Notes under the pieces: model-generated
Told to the model about the DNA's origin: nothing
What the model saw: the letters and a program-made list of their open reading frames with translations, nothing else
Databases searched by the model: none
Assembly (NCBI RefSeq): GCF_964194155.1
Contig: NC_135898.1
Coordinates: forward strand, 60,574,001-60,638,000
Direction: 5' to 3'
DNA: 64,000 nt
From: Cetorhinus maximus
Taxonomy: Eukaryota
Position numbers and translations under genes: made by a program
Shown here: piece after piece, positions 25,086-39,597 of the stretch
How the letters are laid out: each line of letters starts with the position of its first letter
Position numbering within the stretch: position 1 is the first letter of the stretch

Positions 25086-25493
25086 AGAAGCAAAAAACTG
25101 TAGATGCTGGAAATCTGAAAAAAAAACCCAGAATATGCTGGTACTACTCAGCAGATCAGGCAGCATCTGTGGAGGGAGAAACAGAGTTAATGTTTCAGGC
25201 CCATGGCCTCCCATCAGAACTGGGAAGAGTTAGAAATGTAATAGATTTTGAGCATGTGAAAGGGGGCGGAGTGGGAAAAAGAAGCTGGGCGTCCAACCCC
25301 TCTACATTTCCACCCTTGCCAGGACAGTCTGAGAACTTTCCACTTCTCCATCGAACAGCGGCCCAACCAGTCCCCATCCACCTCCCTAACTGAACTTGTT
25401 TTCACGTTGAAAAACTTCAGTTGCAATCAATTCCTTCAAATAAAAGATGTTTCTATGGGTATCTGCATGGACCCTAGCTATGCCTGCCATTTT
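25086..25493. mobile_element. Penelope-like element: inverted pLTR joined to an RT fragment
   Basis: pLTR on - strand (25086-25280) with hammerhead-like motif; + strand degenerate RT ending FLQIKDVSMGICMDPSYACHF. Confidence 0.75.
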
Positions 25494-25499
25494 GTCATT

Positions 25500-26305
25500 G
25501 TGTTTAGTCCCCACCACAAACTTAATTTCCCAGCCACTGACTCCATCCTCTCCCTGGCAACTGTATGAGGCCAAGGAAGCTGTTTACAACCTAGGTGTCA
25601 TTTTTGACCCTGAGATGAGCTTCTGACCACTATCACAAGGCTACTTATTTCCATCTCTGTAGCATCACCCAACTTCACCCCAGCCTCAGTTCAAATGCAG
25701 CTGAAACCTTCATCCATGCATTTATTCTTCAGTTACTTGACTATTCCAAAGCATTCTGGGCCAGCCTCTCATTTGCTACATTCCTCAAACTTGAGGTCAC
25801 CCAAAACTCTGCTGCTCATATCGTACCTTGCACCAAATCCTAATCACCCATCACCCCTGTGCTCACTAACTACATTGGGCACCGGTTAAGCAATGCCTCA
25901 ATTTTAAAACTCTTATCCTTGTTTTCAAATCCCTCTATGGCCTTGTCCTTCCTATCTCTGTAGTCTCCTCCAGCCCTACAACCTCCCAGGATACCTGCAC
26001 TCCTCCAATTCTGGTCTCTTGGGCATCCCTGATTTTAATCATTCCACCATTGGCGGCTAAGCCTTCAGCTGCCGAGAGGTTATTCTCTGGAATTCTTTCC
26101 TTAAATGTTTCCATCTCTTTACCTGTCTCACATCCTTCATGAAGTTCCTTAAAACCTACCTCTTTATCAAGCTTCTGATCACCTGCCCTAATATTTCCTT
26201 ATGTGGCTCAGTGTCAACTTTTGTTTGATAATGCTGTAATGAAGCATCTTGAGCTGTTTTATAATGCTAGAAATACTGCATTAATACAAAATGTCATTGT
26301 TGTTG
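25500..26305 (+). mobile_element. L2 LINE 3' fragment
   Basis: VYNLGVIFDPEMSF, AAETFIHAFI, LDYSKAF, FKTLILVFKSLYGL and an L2-like tail. Confidence 0.85.
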
Positions 26306-28624
26306 AAATAAAAGGCTCTTCTCTCTATAAGGTGTAAAGTTTCCACATGAATAGACTTGACTTTTCTGAATCAAGTTCCTAATGGGTGTGAGCCAACAAC
26401 ACAAATTGTCTAGAATTCTCTATTAAATTAAACTAAGTTAGCACTCACCTCCAGATGCCATGAAGCTAAGATAGGAAAATGGAAAACTCAAACAGATGTA
26501 ATGTCATAGAGTCATAGAGGTCTACAATACAGAAAAAGGCCCTTCGGCCCAATACCCCATGTATTACGGTTACACTTTTAATGTTGGAGCTAAGGCAAAG
26601 TTGCATCAACTTATTGTGTTACATCTAATTGGTGAGTGTTTCATGCTAATATTGGATGACAATAGTATTCCACTCCCATCACAGCATTGAAATTCTTCAC
26701 TGCATTGAGAACAAAACTTAACTCTTGTAAAGAGGTCTTAGAAATAATGGCATCTGCATAGGATTACCCAAAGTAGAGAATTCACTTGCAGAATCCTCCC
26801 TCTCTTTACCAAGAAGCTCACTACCCAAATGCTTTCTGACCCTCTTAGCTGAAATTAAGCACCCAAGGATCCATAAAAAAAAACACCTGAAATATTCAGC
26901 TAGACAGAGTCCAAAATCATCAGTTTCTGCCCACCATTCCTAATTTAATGAGTTTCCAATCAGCAGCAAGCTATTGAAAGAAGGTACCTAAACGTAGTGG
27001 CTGTGCAGCAAAGCCTAAGGTACCTAATGCTGACACACATTTTCTTTACACTTAGACATATGTCTTAATGTTTCTTATTGCCTATCAGGATTCTTCAACC
27101 TGCTAATACTTTCTGTGATACAATTACATTGTTTCCCATGAATTACAGTTAACTGCTTCCCAGTTTTCCTGATTCAATTTATAATCTATTTGTATTATCC
27201 AGTTTCTTGAAATAAAATGTAACTGAAAAATAAAATGGATTTACAAAAGTTAGTTAATCCAATATTTTGAATGGAAGGTGCAGATAGTCTTAGAATGATT
27301 TGCATTTATATAGCACCTTTAACCTAGCAAGACACCCTCAATGCAGTATAGCGTTAAATGCCATTTAAGTCTACAGGATCCTTAGCCACACCAGCATAAT
27401 TAATTATATGGTAACCTCATCAGTAAGAGGCAGTAGGAGTATTTAAAATGCTGTATTGTCCAATTAGGTTGTTGATATTAATATTAGATCTAATGCAGCA
27501 CTACTGAAGTTACCATTTACAAAAATGGATAGTATTCTTGCACTTGTTACAATTAATTATCAGGCAGAAGCCCAGAAAGGAAGTATGTTTCTGGCAGTAT
27601 ATGATTAGCTCACGAAAGCTGAAACTCAGCCAATTTATTGTTTAGTACAAACTTTACCTTACACATCTGGAAGATCACTCCTACATCTGGAAAAAAGCTT
27701 CTTCCTAATTGGCTTAACTTGAATGCTTCTCCATCAAAAGAAACACCAAGGAAACTTCAGTAGTTCCAAATATGAATGCAAATATATCACTTCCTGCATA
27801 TCAAGGCATTGCACAACACACAGAATATTTTCAGTGTTTTAATGTTAAATGTTCCCCAGAACTTTCCAAAGTTCCTTCCTTGGCTGCTTTTCTGAAATTA
27901 GTCCTGAGGCTGTACCAGGATGCACTGTTCCTTCGTGCTACGAATTCATGCTAGGCCAGTCATTTTTTCTACTGACATTGTGTAAGTCTCTTTTTCTCAT
28001 TCACTTTTCCAAATACATTCTAATTGCTAGTATTTTAAAAGAAATAGTTTTACATTTCTTTAAATTACTCCACAGATGTGTTCTACTCTAGCACATATAA
28101 CTCAGACTCTGTTTCAATAGGCCTCAGGCAATTGTTATAATGAAAGTTTGGTTTAAAAAAAACACAGTTCATTAGAAGAGTATTCTACTATCCTTACTCA
28201 ATTACAATAATGTCTCCTTTAAAACACAGCAATGAATTTCATTTCAAAATTAAATATTAATTCAGGCTAGTGCATCTACAGAGTATATCTTGGTATATTT
28301 TTAGTCTTTCCTGTCTCTGTAAAGGTCTATCCATTCAGTACAAAGACCATTAAAGATATACGTTTTCTGTAGAAAAAAAAGTAATGATTTCCGGATTCAA
28401 AAGTCAAAGTTTACAGTAAATTTGTACTAACAATAAAAGCTTTTAAACATTTTTCCACTATTGATAAGAATATAAGATTTTTTTCTCTCCACTGCTGTGG
28501 ACGTCCATACATACTGCAGGGCATCACAAAGAGATTTTTGTCTTTGCTCAGTGCTCATAAGGTCTAACTCCACTGGGATGCCTTCACGCTAAAATAGGCA
28601 TTCACTTTCCAGACTTGACCTTTG

Positions 28625-28842
28625 CACCAAGAACCCTTTTGTCATGTAACCTTCCCTGTCTTCCACCCTACCACAGACCTTCCCTTTTGTTCTTTATTTC
28701 CGACCCACCCCCTTTCACTTGCCTAACTTATCTAACTTTTCCCAGTTCTGCTGAAAGGTCGTGGACCTGAAACGTTAACTCTTATTTCTCTCTCCACAGA
28801 TGCTACCTGACCTGCTGAGTATTTCCAATGTTTACTGTTTAA
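28625..28842 (+). mobile_element. Penelope-type pLTR remnant with minimal hammerhead motif
   Basis: agttCTGCTGAaaggtcgtggacctGAAAcgttaact at 28744-28780, followed by ctccacagatgctacctgacctgctgagtatttcc. Confidence 0.75.
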
Positions 28843-29639
28843 ATTCACTTTCTAGAAGTCTGCATGGAAGAATGGCCACTGGCCATTTGTGCGAGGAGCT
28901 GAAAGATCGGCGCCCTCATAAATGTGTAGCACATGGATCACGGCCATTGGGGAGAGAAGCAGGAGCTGAAAACTAAATTTTTAAAAAGTTGTCAAAACTC
29001 TACACCAGTATCCTTTTTCTGCTTGTTTCATTTTTTTTGGCTAAACAATGATCGCTATTGGATTTACTTGGCAAAGCTCTAGGAGGAGTTACTGAGTTGA
29101 CACCGTGAACGAATTGATTTAATGTCAATGGATAATCATGAACCCACCAGGGCCTCAAGCTTCCACTGTTCGTATTCACTTATCTCCCTCACATTTTTAT
29201 GAATCCGAACCGTCGGTCAGCCAGTTCCCACCACCAACATTCAGCAAAACAAAAGCAGCATAAAAGACAAGAATAAACTAACAGATGATGACAATTCTGG
29301 GCGACAGCTTGATCGAGGGGCCAATAACAGCGACACTTGATAAGACATATTTTAAATTCCAGTTCAAATAGAAATCAGTGTGTACAGTCTAGAGGAATGT
29401 GGAGTATTAGACTAGATACCAAACAAACAATGCGAATGACAGTCCTGTGAATAAAGCTCCACTAGTTATTTATGTATTTTTTTAAATTTTCGCGCGGGAG
29501 GATAAAATCATGCAAATAAGATGCAACCCAAAGAAGAGAATTGTAGCGCCATCAACTGGTGCCAGTGCACCATTTATATGTTTTAAAAGTACCGAGGGAC
29601 AGACACAATGCTTTTCTTATAGTTTCACCATGAATTTGA

Positions 29640-29783
29640 AAACACATACTCATTTGCGTTGCCATAGCCTCCAAGGCTACGGGCTAAGCACTGGAAAATG
29701 GGATTGGTGTAGTCAGATCTTTATTGACCGGCGCGAACATGATGGGCCGAATGGCTTCCTTCTGTGCTGTAAATGTCTATGAG
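29640..29783 (+). mobile_element. CR1 LINE 3' tail fragment
   Basis: ggctacgggctaagcactggaaaatgggatt...gatgggccgaatggcttccttctgtgctgtaa matches the family B tail at 4434-4580. Confidence 0.75.
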
Positions 29784-30549
29784 TCACACTGTTCTTCCTT
29801 GTAAGCCAGTTTGATGGTTTGTGGAATTCATGCCCACAGAAATTGATAAAATGTAGAGTTGACCGTGGGCATTTGTAGTGGTGAAAAACATTGATTAAAA
29901 TGCAGGCAAGTTAAATTGAAGGAAACATTTTGATCTATTATTTTAGTGTTGTATCCTTCCCGTCCCTTGCAATTTTCATGGCAGAATATATTACAAGTAT
30001 GTCAGCTTCCATAATAGTTAGAACGATATTGTCCCAGACTCCATACAGGAGTAAGGACTATGCTTGTCATTCTGATAATTCTGGATAATTGTTCAGTTTG
30101 GGGTGAAGATTTCTGGGAAGGAGGTAAGAGAGGCTAAATGTGGAATGTTTGATAGCATTATTGCACTGCTTAATAAAAAGGTGTAGTATTGAGGAGTAAA
30201 GATATCAGCAATGCATATTACACGAAACTGGTTACAGGCAATCTTTCCTTAAGTACTTAATGTCGGACAATGAACAAATATTTACAAATCAATATTAAAC
30301 AGGCAAATTTCCGAAATTAATAATCTTTGCTTGAGCTCAGCATTCGGATGTGAATAACGAAACAGAGGTCGCAGTTCTATAATTAAACTGAGTAAATGTT
30401 CCATTTAACTTTAGCTAAATATTTTATACTTTTTAAATGACGTGCTTTATGCAATAAATCATATGCAACTGAGTTGTACTAATTTCCCTACCTAACCTAA
30501 TATGAAATGGCACAAATCTGGACTAAAGCAACGTTGAAAATGTGTTGAA

Positions 30550-30686
30550 ATAAAAGCAAAATACTGCGGATGCTGGCAATCTGAAATAAAAACAGAAAAT
30601 GCTGGAAAAACACAGCAGGTCTGGCAACATCTGTGGAGAGAGAAACAGAGTTAACGTTTCGAGTCTGTATGACCCTTCTCCAGAGA
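30550..30686 (-). mobile_element. Penelope-type pLTR-derived short repeat with hammerhead motif
   Basis: Near-identical to the pieces at 47257-47400 and similar to 25086-25221. Confidence 0.8.
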
Positions 30687-33600
30687 TGTGAAAATGTGTT
30701 GCCCAGTATCGGACCTAAATAGCGTTTCCCTTTGTGATATTGAATTGAAATCAGCATTTAGCAGTGATCAGTGAAATTCTATTAACGTCCTGCGTTAGAC
30801 TTGACGGTTTTCCATTGCACCCCAGCACAATAATGACTTTAGACCCCTTACTCAGCCAGCTTAACACTACACATTGGACAGCTGGATTTACGCTATACTG
30901 TCAGGATAATGGCCCGGTTTATACACCTCCGGTTTTAATAGAATCCGAAATTCACTGCTTTCCAAATGACATTTTTTCCCTAAATCCTTTTAAAGATTCA
31001 TCAATAAGTGTCCCTGGTATCAGGTCATTGGGTACAGGACTAACCTTTCGATTTATGGAATTGAGGCCAGGGCAGGATCTGGTTTAATTTCTCATTAAGT
31101 GAAAGCTGGCGAGTAAGATATTAGTCGCGTGTATTAAGTGTTTGGTAAATGCCTTGGTATCTGTTTCCTTTATTTTTGATCAATAGATTGGACAGACCGA
31201 GCGATAGATGCATATGCCGAGGTAAAGAGTACAGTGTGTTCTAATTTGTGTTTGAGGATAAATCTCTTTCTCACTTGTCTTTTTGTAACATACCTTTCCA
31301 ATTCTGAATAAACATACATTTCACCAACTTTAAAACAATGGAACAAGCCAAACTGTCGTGTGCAAGTGCAACCGAAGAGGGACAAAAAGGCCATTCCCGT
31401 CCCCATACAGAATGTCAGTACTATGTTGGGATGATTCCACTGCAAATCGAGTCAGAAATTAAACGTGCCGCAAATGTTGGCGCGAAAACATGGCAATCAT
31501 TGTCACAAGCTATGCGTCCATTTACGGCAGCGTTCTGGCGAGCGATCTATTGGGCTGCCAACACTCTGAACAAATCTCATATCAATATCATTTCAGAGAG
31601 CGCTCATTTTACTGCTGTCACTGTGACAAAGTCAGGATTGTTTAGTTTCGCGCGTAAACTACCCTGTAACAATGAACAACGAGTCCATCCACCGTCTAAT
31701 GTTAGATACCAGTGGGCTACCGAACGTTTGGACTTGGATAAATTATTTAGAAAGATATGGAGGTTAGCATTTTCTCCATTACACATCCGCCCAGTGGATA
31801 ATGATTCAAAGCTTTCATTTGGGGCATTCATCATGAATGAGCATGATAATGCAATAATATTTAATAATTCACACAATCTGAAAATTGTTTTGGTCGGATA
31901 TTGCCTTTTTGCGGATAAAGGAATTATATGACATTCTATCGACAGCGTTCCCGAACTGCTCATAATTATGGTGATGAATATTATAGCTTGGCATCGTTCA
32001 TATTTAACTGTGCAAATGCTGGCACGTTATTATTGACAGTATATGTCATAGCAATTCCGCTTGCCCTCAAGACTCGCATCTACCAAATCGGTCACGTTGT
32101 GCTGTTATTCTTTTCTGTGACTGTTTAAAAGGAGCAGAGAATCCAGGGGACATAACGGTTTGCGTTGCTGTTGTTTCAACAGAATACTCACGCCAGCACG
32201 AAGGGTTTATTAATAATAATAGGACAATTGCCTCGCCTTTAAAATGTCAAAAAGGCGGTCCCAGATGAATTTGGCAAAGTACTAAAAAGTCACTGGTTTG
32301 GAAAGACGTCATTGAGTTACTGGTATCAGGCTGGTCTGTAAAGACAAATACAATTTGACAATGTTCACATCTGCAGCTTAAATCATAATAACATCTGCAT
32401 TTAAAATAAAATGTATAAGACAGTGCATCACACGTGAGTGTAATGCAAACCCCACTGCTGACACCTTCAATGGCTAAATGCGTGACATCTGCTGTAACAA
32501 GATCAGAAACTGCTGTAAATGTTGTCTGCACCCCGGACTGGCTTGCTGTGTATTTCCAATAGCTCCTGTTTTCATTTCAGATCCTCAGTGTTTTTCTCCC
32601 ACCTTTCATCAATTGTAGTTTGATTTCCAATAGCTTCATCAAGCAGTCAGAAAGGGCACAAGTAAACAGAGGATTTTTTTTCTCTCTAGCGGGTTCTTAA
32701 TGCCAGACTTGTGTAAACAAACACTTCTGTGCCATTTATCAAGGTTGCAGATATGTTTGCTTAGAAGAATAGGACCGCGACTTTCCAAAAACGTTATGAA
32801 TAAAGTAGGCTTTGATTTACGCTTGCTTCTCCCCCTCCAATCAAACCAGATTGTTTTTAATAAGTCTGAAATGAAATATTTCTAACGCAGATTGTAGTTT
32901 GTTCGTTCACTATTTTGAGTTTATTTCAGCTTTGTTTGTACGTCCCATCTAGTTTTCACACTTATTTATGTTGAAAACAGCCTGTCGGGTCCCGGAGTTA
33001 AAATCTGAAGTACTTTTTTCTAAATAATTTCCTGACACCTGCTGAAAAACAGCCTAGAAGTGGGTAACAGTTCATCTGAGGAGTTATAAAAATGGATGCT
33101 GATTCCGCTCCCTCTTTTTAATCCTGGGTGTTATAATGATCCACAAGTTTAATAATACAGGCCTCATTTTCGTTCATTTATAATATTGAGTTGAAAGCGG
33201 GATTCCAATTTCCGTCGTGATCTTTTCCAAGCATTTTTAATTATCATTCTCAATTCGCACATATGGCGGTAAGAGTGCATTAGAGTCATGTTCTGGCTTT
33301 AAATCAGCCCTAAATACAGAGTGATTCCTAGCTCATTTTGGAGTCTTGGAATTAACCCGAATATAACATAAAGAATTAGACTTATAAGAAATAACAAGTC
33401 CAATACAGCCAGGGATTCCCTAGAAAATGACAAACCCAATTCCTTCCAGTCTCATAAAAACAGAAACCACAGAATTACACAAACGTGTTGTTTGTGCTCA
33501 GATACGATTTGTTGTATGACTCTGAAAGTTTTCTCTTTGTTAATACTGGGCGTATTTTTCTGCTTTTTGTTCTCAATAATAACAACAAAAATGAATTTAC

Positions 33601-34149
33601 GCCAGATTTTGCTGTTTGAATTAAAATACAGAAATTCACGCTGTTGACCTGTAAATTACTTGAAGAAATGGTGATAAAGAAAATATATATCGACAGGGGG
33701 TGCTATACAGGAAACCTTCGCCACACAACCCTAATTATGAATCATTCAACCACTCCCATCTGTAGTGTTTCTTCGTCAGAAGTGATCAAGCAACTTGTTC
33801 CTGAACGCAACCTTTATGAATGGCTTCATCAGCCAGATGAGAGCAGCTTAGGGTTTACCATTCATTACATTACTTTAATTCTGAGAACTAATGACGTACT
33901 TTCCCCCAAACTGCCATTCTGCCAGCCTCACAAAGTGAGTTATCCCGCATCATGACAGAACGATTATGCCAAACGAACAGGGCTCCTTCGAGATAACTCT
34001 CTGCTCACAGAACACCGAAGAAATATGGGATTCCGGGGTGCGGTTTCAAACTCTCACTGCAGCAGGCAAAAGGTTAACTGCCCTTGGCTTCCCTCTGTTT
34101 CAGTCTAGTGACATGATTGTCATCTCTTTAAAAAGAAACTGAAAAAAGA

Positions 34150-34169
34150 GGGGGGTGGGGGGGGGGGGG
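34150..34169 (+). repeat. Poly-G tract
   Basis: GGGGGGTGGGGGGGGGGGGG. Confidence 0.9.
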
Positions 34170-37100
34170 AAAGAATCATTCCCTAAAACGATATAAGTCT
34201 TCAACATTCAGGGGCAACACCTAAAGTATCAAGCAACTCGTTTATCTCTTGTTTCAAGACTTCATATTACAAAGGAGCTCCCTCATGATAAGTATCTGCT
34301 GTCAGACAGATTGACTGCCCTGATGGACATGTTCGCGGTTTCTGATGTCTTCTCCTCAGGGGTTGTTTTAAGACCTCGAAAGCTGTACCTCTCTGATCTG
34401 TCTTCCCGTAACCTGAAGGGAAATAATTAAGCAAAAAAAAATCAGTCTGTAACAGTGGAGGGACGAACGTGATCTCCAAGCAACATCAGAGAGAACAATG
34501 CATTCCTTTAGTGAAAGTCATGTAATTAATAGGAAGGTGGCTGCTTTAAAAAAATTACCCAATTTAGATGTGTAATAGTTTGTTCCTAACCGCTAATTGC
34601 CGCATTCAAAGAAGGAGCCGAATCAAAGTCTGTTAATGATGCTTTTAAGCACAGTTGTGTAATTTGTTGTGTGAATGCTGCTGTAGCATCGGGATAACAT
34701 TTAACAATAAATATCCAGTTAATTCAGTTCATGATTTATACCCGAGCACCAAATTAAATGTTTTGCCAAGTTCTCAGAGAATTCACAGTAAATTATGTTT
34801 AACTATTTTCGTAGTACACTTGCCATTGCAGAATTCTGATCTACACATGAATCTATTCATCGGCAGCATTTGGGGACCCCTATTTTCAAAGATATGAGTT
34901 TGCAGTGATTTGGGAACTTTGCATTACCCTTTATATGTGGGTACTGCTTTACTAAATCAAGAAAGGGACTTCTTCCTTAAAACAGCATATAGTGGAAGAA
35001 TAGCTCAGTGACTGCATAAGGTGAACCATGAAAACAAATCCAAGAGCAAGGGTGATTCAAGGTATCATAAATAAACATTTACCTGTCCTTTGAGAGCAGC
35101 CTTTTACCTAAACCATCAGTCTATACTAAGGTATGCATGTATCTTCCACTGTACTTAAAGGCTCTCTTATTTGCATCTGTGTTAGCTTCTGTCTACCTAT
35201 GCTATACTGATAAAGCGGTGTTCTGTTGTAGTCGTTGTCTTTGTAAGTATAAAACAACTATGATATACCGTACTTGTGCTATTTGTTACCGTTGCACTGT
35301 TCAAAAATAACTAGTGCGATAGTTCCTTAACAAGTTCGAACTATGGTGATATGCAACCTCCAGGAGTGAAGCTTAGGTATTAATATGATATGAATAAGAT
35401 TTTAAAATAATCTTTAGCATCCCGAGTCAATAAAGTTGCCAGGCCTATTTGAAGTAAAGATTTGGATCAGACTTGCTTATTGTTTTGCAAAAGCTGGTAT
35501 TTTTAAAGTAAAGAATCTTCAATTATAATATTCGTTACACACAAGGACACTTTCATTTTCTTTTTATCGTTGCTGGTTATTCCACATAATGGTAGCAAGT
35601 GTCTATTTCAATCTCAAACATCGCACGTATATTAATGTTAACATAACTAATGCTGTTACTTCCTATCATCATGATAATCGAATGCAATCAGAATATAAAT
35701 AAACTATGGAAAAGCTCCCAAAGGATAATAAAGGCTAAACCAGTTAAATGGTGGATTCTAATGAATCCCTCCTCACGCTGTTCACATGAGCCTACAGAAA
35801 CTGAGATTCGTGTTTTGATATCAACCGTTTCCGGTAATGGTGACACTGGCCGGTTTTTGAGTGAGGAACTCAGCCTTCAACAGTTCTAACTGGCTCGCAA
35901 TCTACAGAGGCATCAATCAGAAGAAACCCAAACTCCTCACATATCTGCACTTCATTCAAAAGAATTCATATCCCCACATCTAAAATTATTTGAATCTTTT
36001 TTTATCACTTTGTTCATTGTGCTTCCCTTTAAAAGGTGCACGGTTTAGATTTGTTTGAAACTGTTGAAGAGAATTGTATCTCCCTTTTCCAACTGATCAC
36101 CTATGGATATTACACATATCAAAACAGTCATTCAGCAGGTGCCTTTAAACAACTGACTGAAGCCTGGTGTATTTTTCCCCTGCATATAATCTCGCAAACA
36201 ATCGCGCTCAGTCTCCTTGACAATATTTCAGTTCGGCAGGCAAATATGCGAAACTGTAGAACAAAAGAGCTTTATAGCGTTGGCGTAATGAGGTTCGAAC
36301 TTTAGAAGTAAGTCCAGTCCCCTTTTTAATGACTATAAACACGACATAGTCCTTCTGTTGGTGCAGGTGATTCTCTTTTTGAAAGACAAATTAATTGCAG
36401 ATGCAAATCATGAATTAATCTGCAGCCTGTAGGGAAATGCATTGTAGTTGTAATTATCATTGCAATGGCTACCTTTACTGCCCTGTGTAATCGTTAACAT
36501 GTATTTTTCTATGTAAAGTTATGCACCATGACTCATTTTCCCCATAGATTTGGGTAAATGTTTTTCTGGGTGTCACAGCGGGTAGTATTGCTTAATTTGC
36601 GTCCATTAGAATGGACAATAATGTAATTGTAATATGTGCTGAAAGATAATACATAGCATGTTGTCGAGATGTAGGCACCAGTAATCAAACGTAAGAGTAA
36701 AAGGCAGATATCTACCAGATAGCCTGACCGTTTACAGTGAGAGCCTAATATCTCGTGGAATGGCACTAAATTGTGAATGTTGTTATTCAACTGAATGAAA
36801 CAAAATGTAACATTAGGTAAACATAGGTTGCAAATAAAGCACAGGGAATTAAAATGGGTGTTTCAAGTTGCACGCACACTTTTCCAAATGTGTTGGCATG
36901 TTCCTCAGTGCTATAAATTATTTGCATTCTAGATAAGAGCTGGACTGTTGCAATCTTTGTCTACTATGTGCTGTCGGTCCAAATATCAAATCGACTTCTA
37001 TCCGATTACAGTTCTGGAACATTATGTAAATATCTAAGCAATACAAATAAATGTGCTGTGTTCAGCTGCAGAGTAAAGGAAGCGCATTAGTAATATGAAA

Positions 37101-37506
37101 ATGAAGGCAAACTAAACGGAAGCCTTAATTAAAGCTTTCAAAACAAATTCAAATTCCCCTGCAACACGCCGTTATGTCATTTACCAGATCGAGCTGGCGA
37201 GGTGTGTAGAATTAAAGGTCTGTCGTGAGATTTGCTGCGGTATAAATTGAAATAATAATCAAAATGCAGTCCTCAGTTGACATTTACCAAAACCAAGTGC
37301 TATATCTAAGTGATAGCTTAATATAAAATTGGTCTCGTTTACAAAGTATCTCCTCTTCCTCAATTCTCATCGTACTAAATTAGTGCTGTCACATTTCGCA
37401 AGTGTTTGTATTATAATAGGCTTTGCCTAAAATAATATTTGAAAATATTAGATACGTTTGTGCTCGTCTCTTACAAAGCATGTATGAGCAGGCAGTTCAC
37501 GACTTC

Positions 37507-37548
37507 TGTGTGTGTGTGGGGGGTGGGGGGGGAGGTGGGGGGGGGGGG
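37507..37548 (+). repeat. Short (TG)n followed by G tracts with G-quadruplex potential
   Basis: tgtgtgtgtgt then G6-T-G8-AGGT-G12. Confidence 0.85.
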
Positions 37549-38224
37549 TTAAATTCGTCAGGCAAACAGTGAAAATGGTTCGTCTCTATTAAATGAACTC
37601 ATGAGAAATACAGTACAACATTAAAATGACATATGCGAAATCCTGCTTGAATCTGAGGTCATAGCATATCCGTTCTACTTATAAATCTTCATATACAAAT
37701 TGGGCTTGCTTCCATAATAAAATTATTGCTATTTCTTGCAGTGCTACACTTCATAAAATCGCGTTTTAATGTGCCATATATCCCTAACATATAATACTTT
37801 ATCACGAAAACCTCACAAATTCAACGTCTCTGTTTAAAACCGCATGGAACACTGCAGACATCTCTTTTTGAATCTGGCTGCTTCAAACGCGGAGAAGCTT
37901 TATTTGCTGTACTGTACCATCCAGCCAAGATGGGAACTGGACTTTAAGAAGACAAAACCTGGAGAAAAAAAACAATTTATAGAAACAAGATTGTTTTGTT
38001 TTCTCATTGGAAAATGTGCTCTCTCAATGGGTAACCAGGGCGCTGAGGCTCTCAGAATGACAGAGGAGCAAAAGCCTGGGCACTTTAAACAAATTTCCCT
38101 TACAGATGGAAATGAAGCAGCGTTTTGTGCCAATGGACTGGAGTAAGTCATTTGCCTACTGCTCGTCTAGTGGTGGTTTACAGGACGAGTTTCTTTTGTG
38201 GTATTAGTCTCGTCCTCATTTGCT

Positions 38225-38275
38225 GCCTAATTGGACTATATAAAGCCAATAACAGGCGAGCTCTTATAGCCTTAA
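38225..38275 (+). promoter_or_regulatory. Probable HMX3 core promoter
   Basis: ATTGG (38230), TATATAAA (38237), CCAAT (38246), ~360 bp upstream of the ATG; start site not determinable from sequence. Confidence 0.6.
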
Positions 38276-38599
38276 GCGAAGCGCAAAGTATAGGGAGGTG
38301 GACTCATTACATGCCATTCTTTTTTCCCCTTCGGTAATCCCATTTGCCATTGTGCGTGCCCAATCGCCGTATACTTTCTGCATTTAACTTGTATGACATT
38401 TTTATTTCATCATTATCATCTGGCGCCAGGTTGACGCTGAATGCCTCCTACACTGTTCCAAATTGCTGTGCATTTCCAGTCTACCCACATGCAAAAGTTT
38501 GGTGCGTTTTTCTGAACTCCCGGGATTGTGATCAACGCGGTCTGTTTTCCTCTCAGACTCTGCACTGTTCCTCCAGTTTATGATCGGAGTCAGGCCACC

Positions 38600-38894
38600 A
38601 TGCCCGAGACAGCAGCGCAGGAGAGTCCCATTCCGCCCAAAGAGTCCTCTTTCTCCATTAAAAACCTGCTGAACTGTGATCGAAAGCCCTCGAAGCCTAA
38701 GAGTTTGCTTTCGGCGGTGAAAGGGGTAGTTGAGGGCGCTACATTTTCCTTACCTCACTGCAGGGAGCCCGGCTTCCCAAGGTTCGAAATCCCGGCGCAG
38801 AGGTTTGCGCTCCCGGCGCACTATCTGGAGAGATCCCCCGCCTGGTGGTACCCCTGCACCCTGTCATCAGGGGTTCATCTGCCGAGGACAGAAG
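38600..38894 (+). CDS. HMX3: Homeobox protein HMX3 (NKX5-1), coding exon 1
   Basis: Kozak GCCACCATG; MPE...[12 protein letters not shown] (eh1 motif), [16 protein letters not shown]; phase-1 donor AAG|GTAAGG. Confidence 0.95.
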
Positions 38895-38943
38895 GTAAGG
38901 GAGCTTTAAAGCACGTTACCCTTTCTAATGCACTGTCCTCTAA

Positions 38944-39597
<654 letters not shown>

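Noticed and set aside
27663-27692. Short direct repeats (acatctggaa twice; also actgatacag twice near 41966)
   Set aside because: Two-copy 10-mers are consistent with local slippage; no array or CRISPR-like structure
1-38000. ACADSB exons, expected upstream of HMX3 from human synteny
   Set aside because: I found no acyl-CoA dehydrogenase peptide (for example the C-terminal IYEG motif) in the ORF track or in the segments I translated
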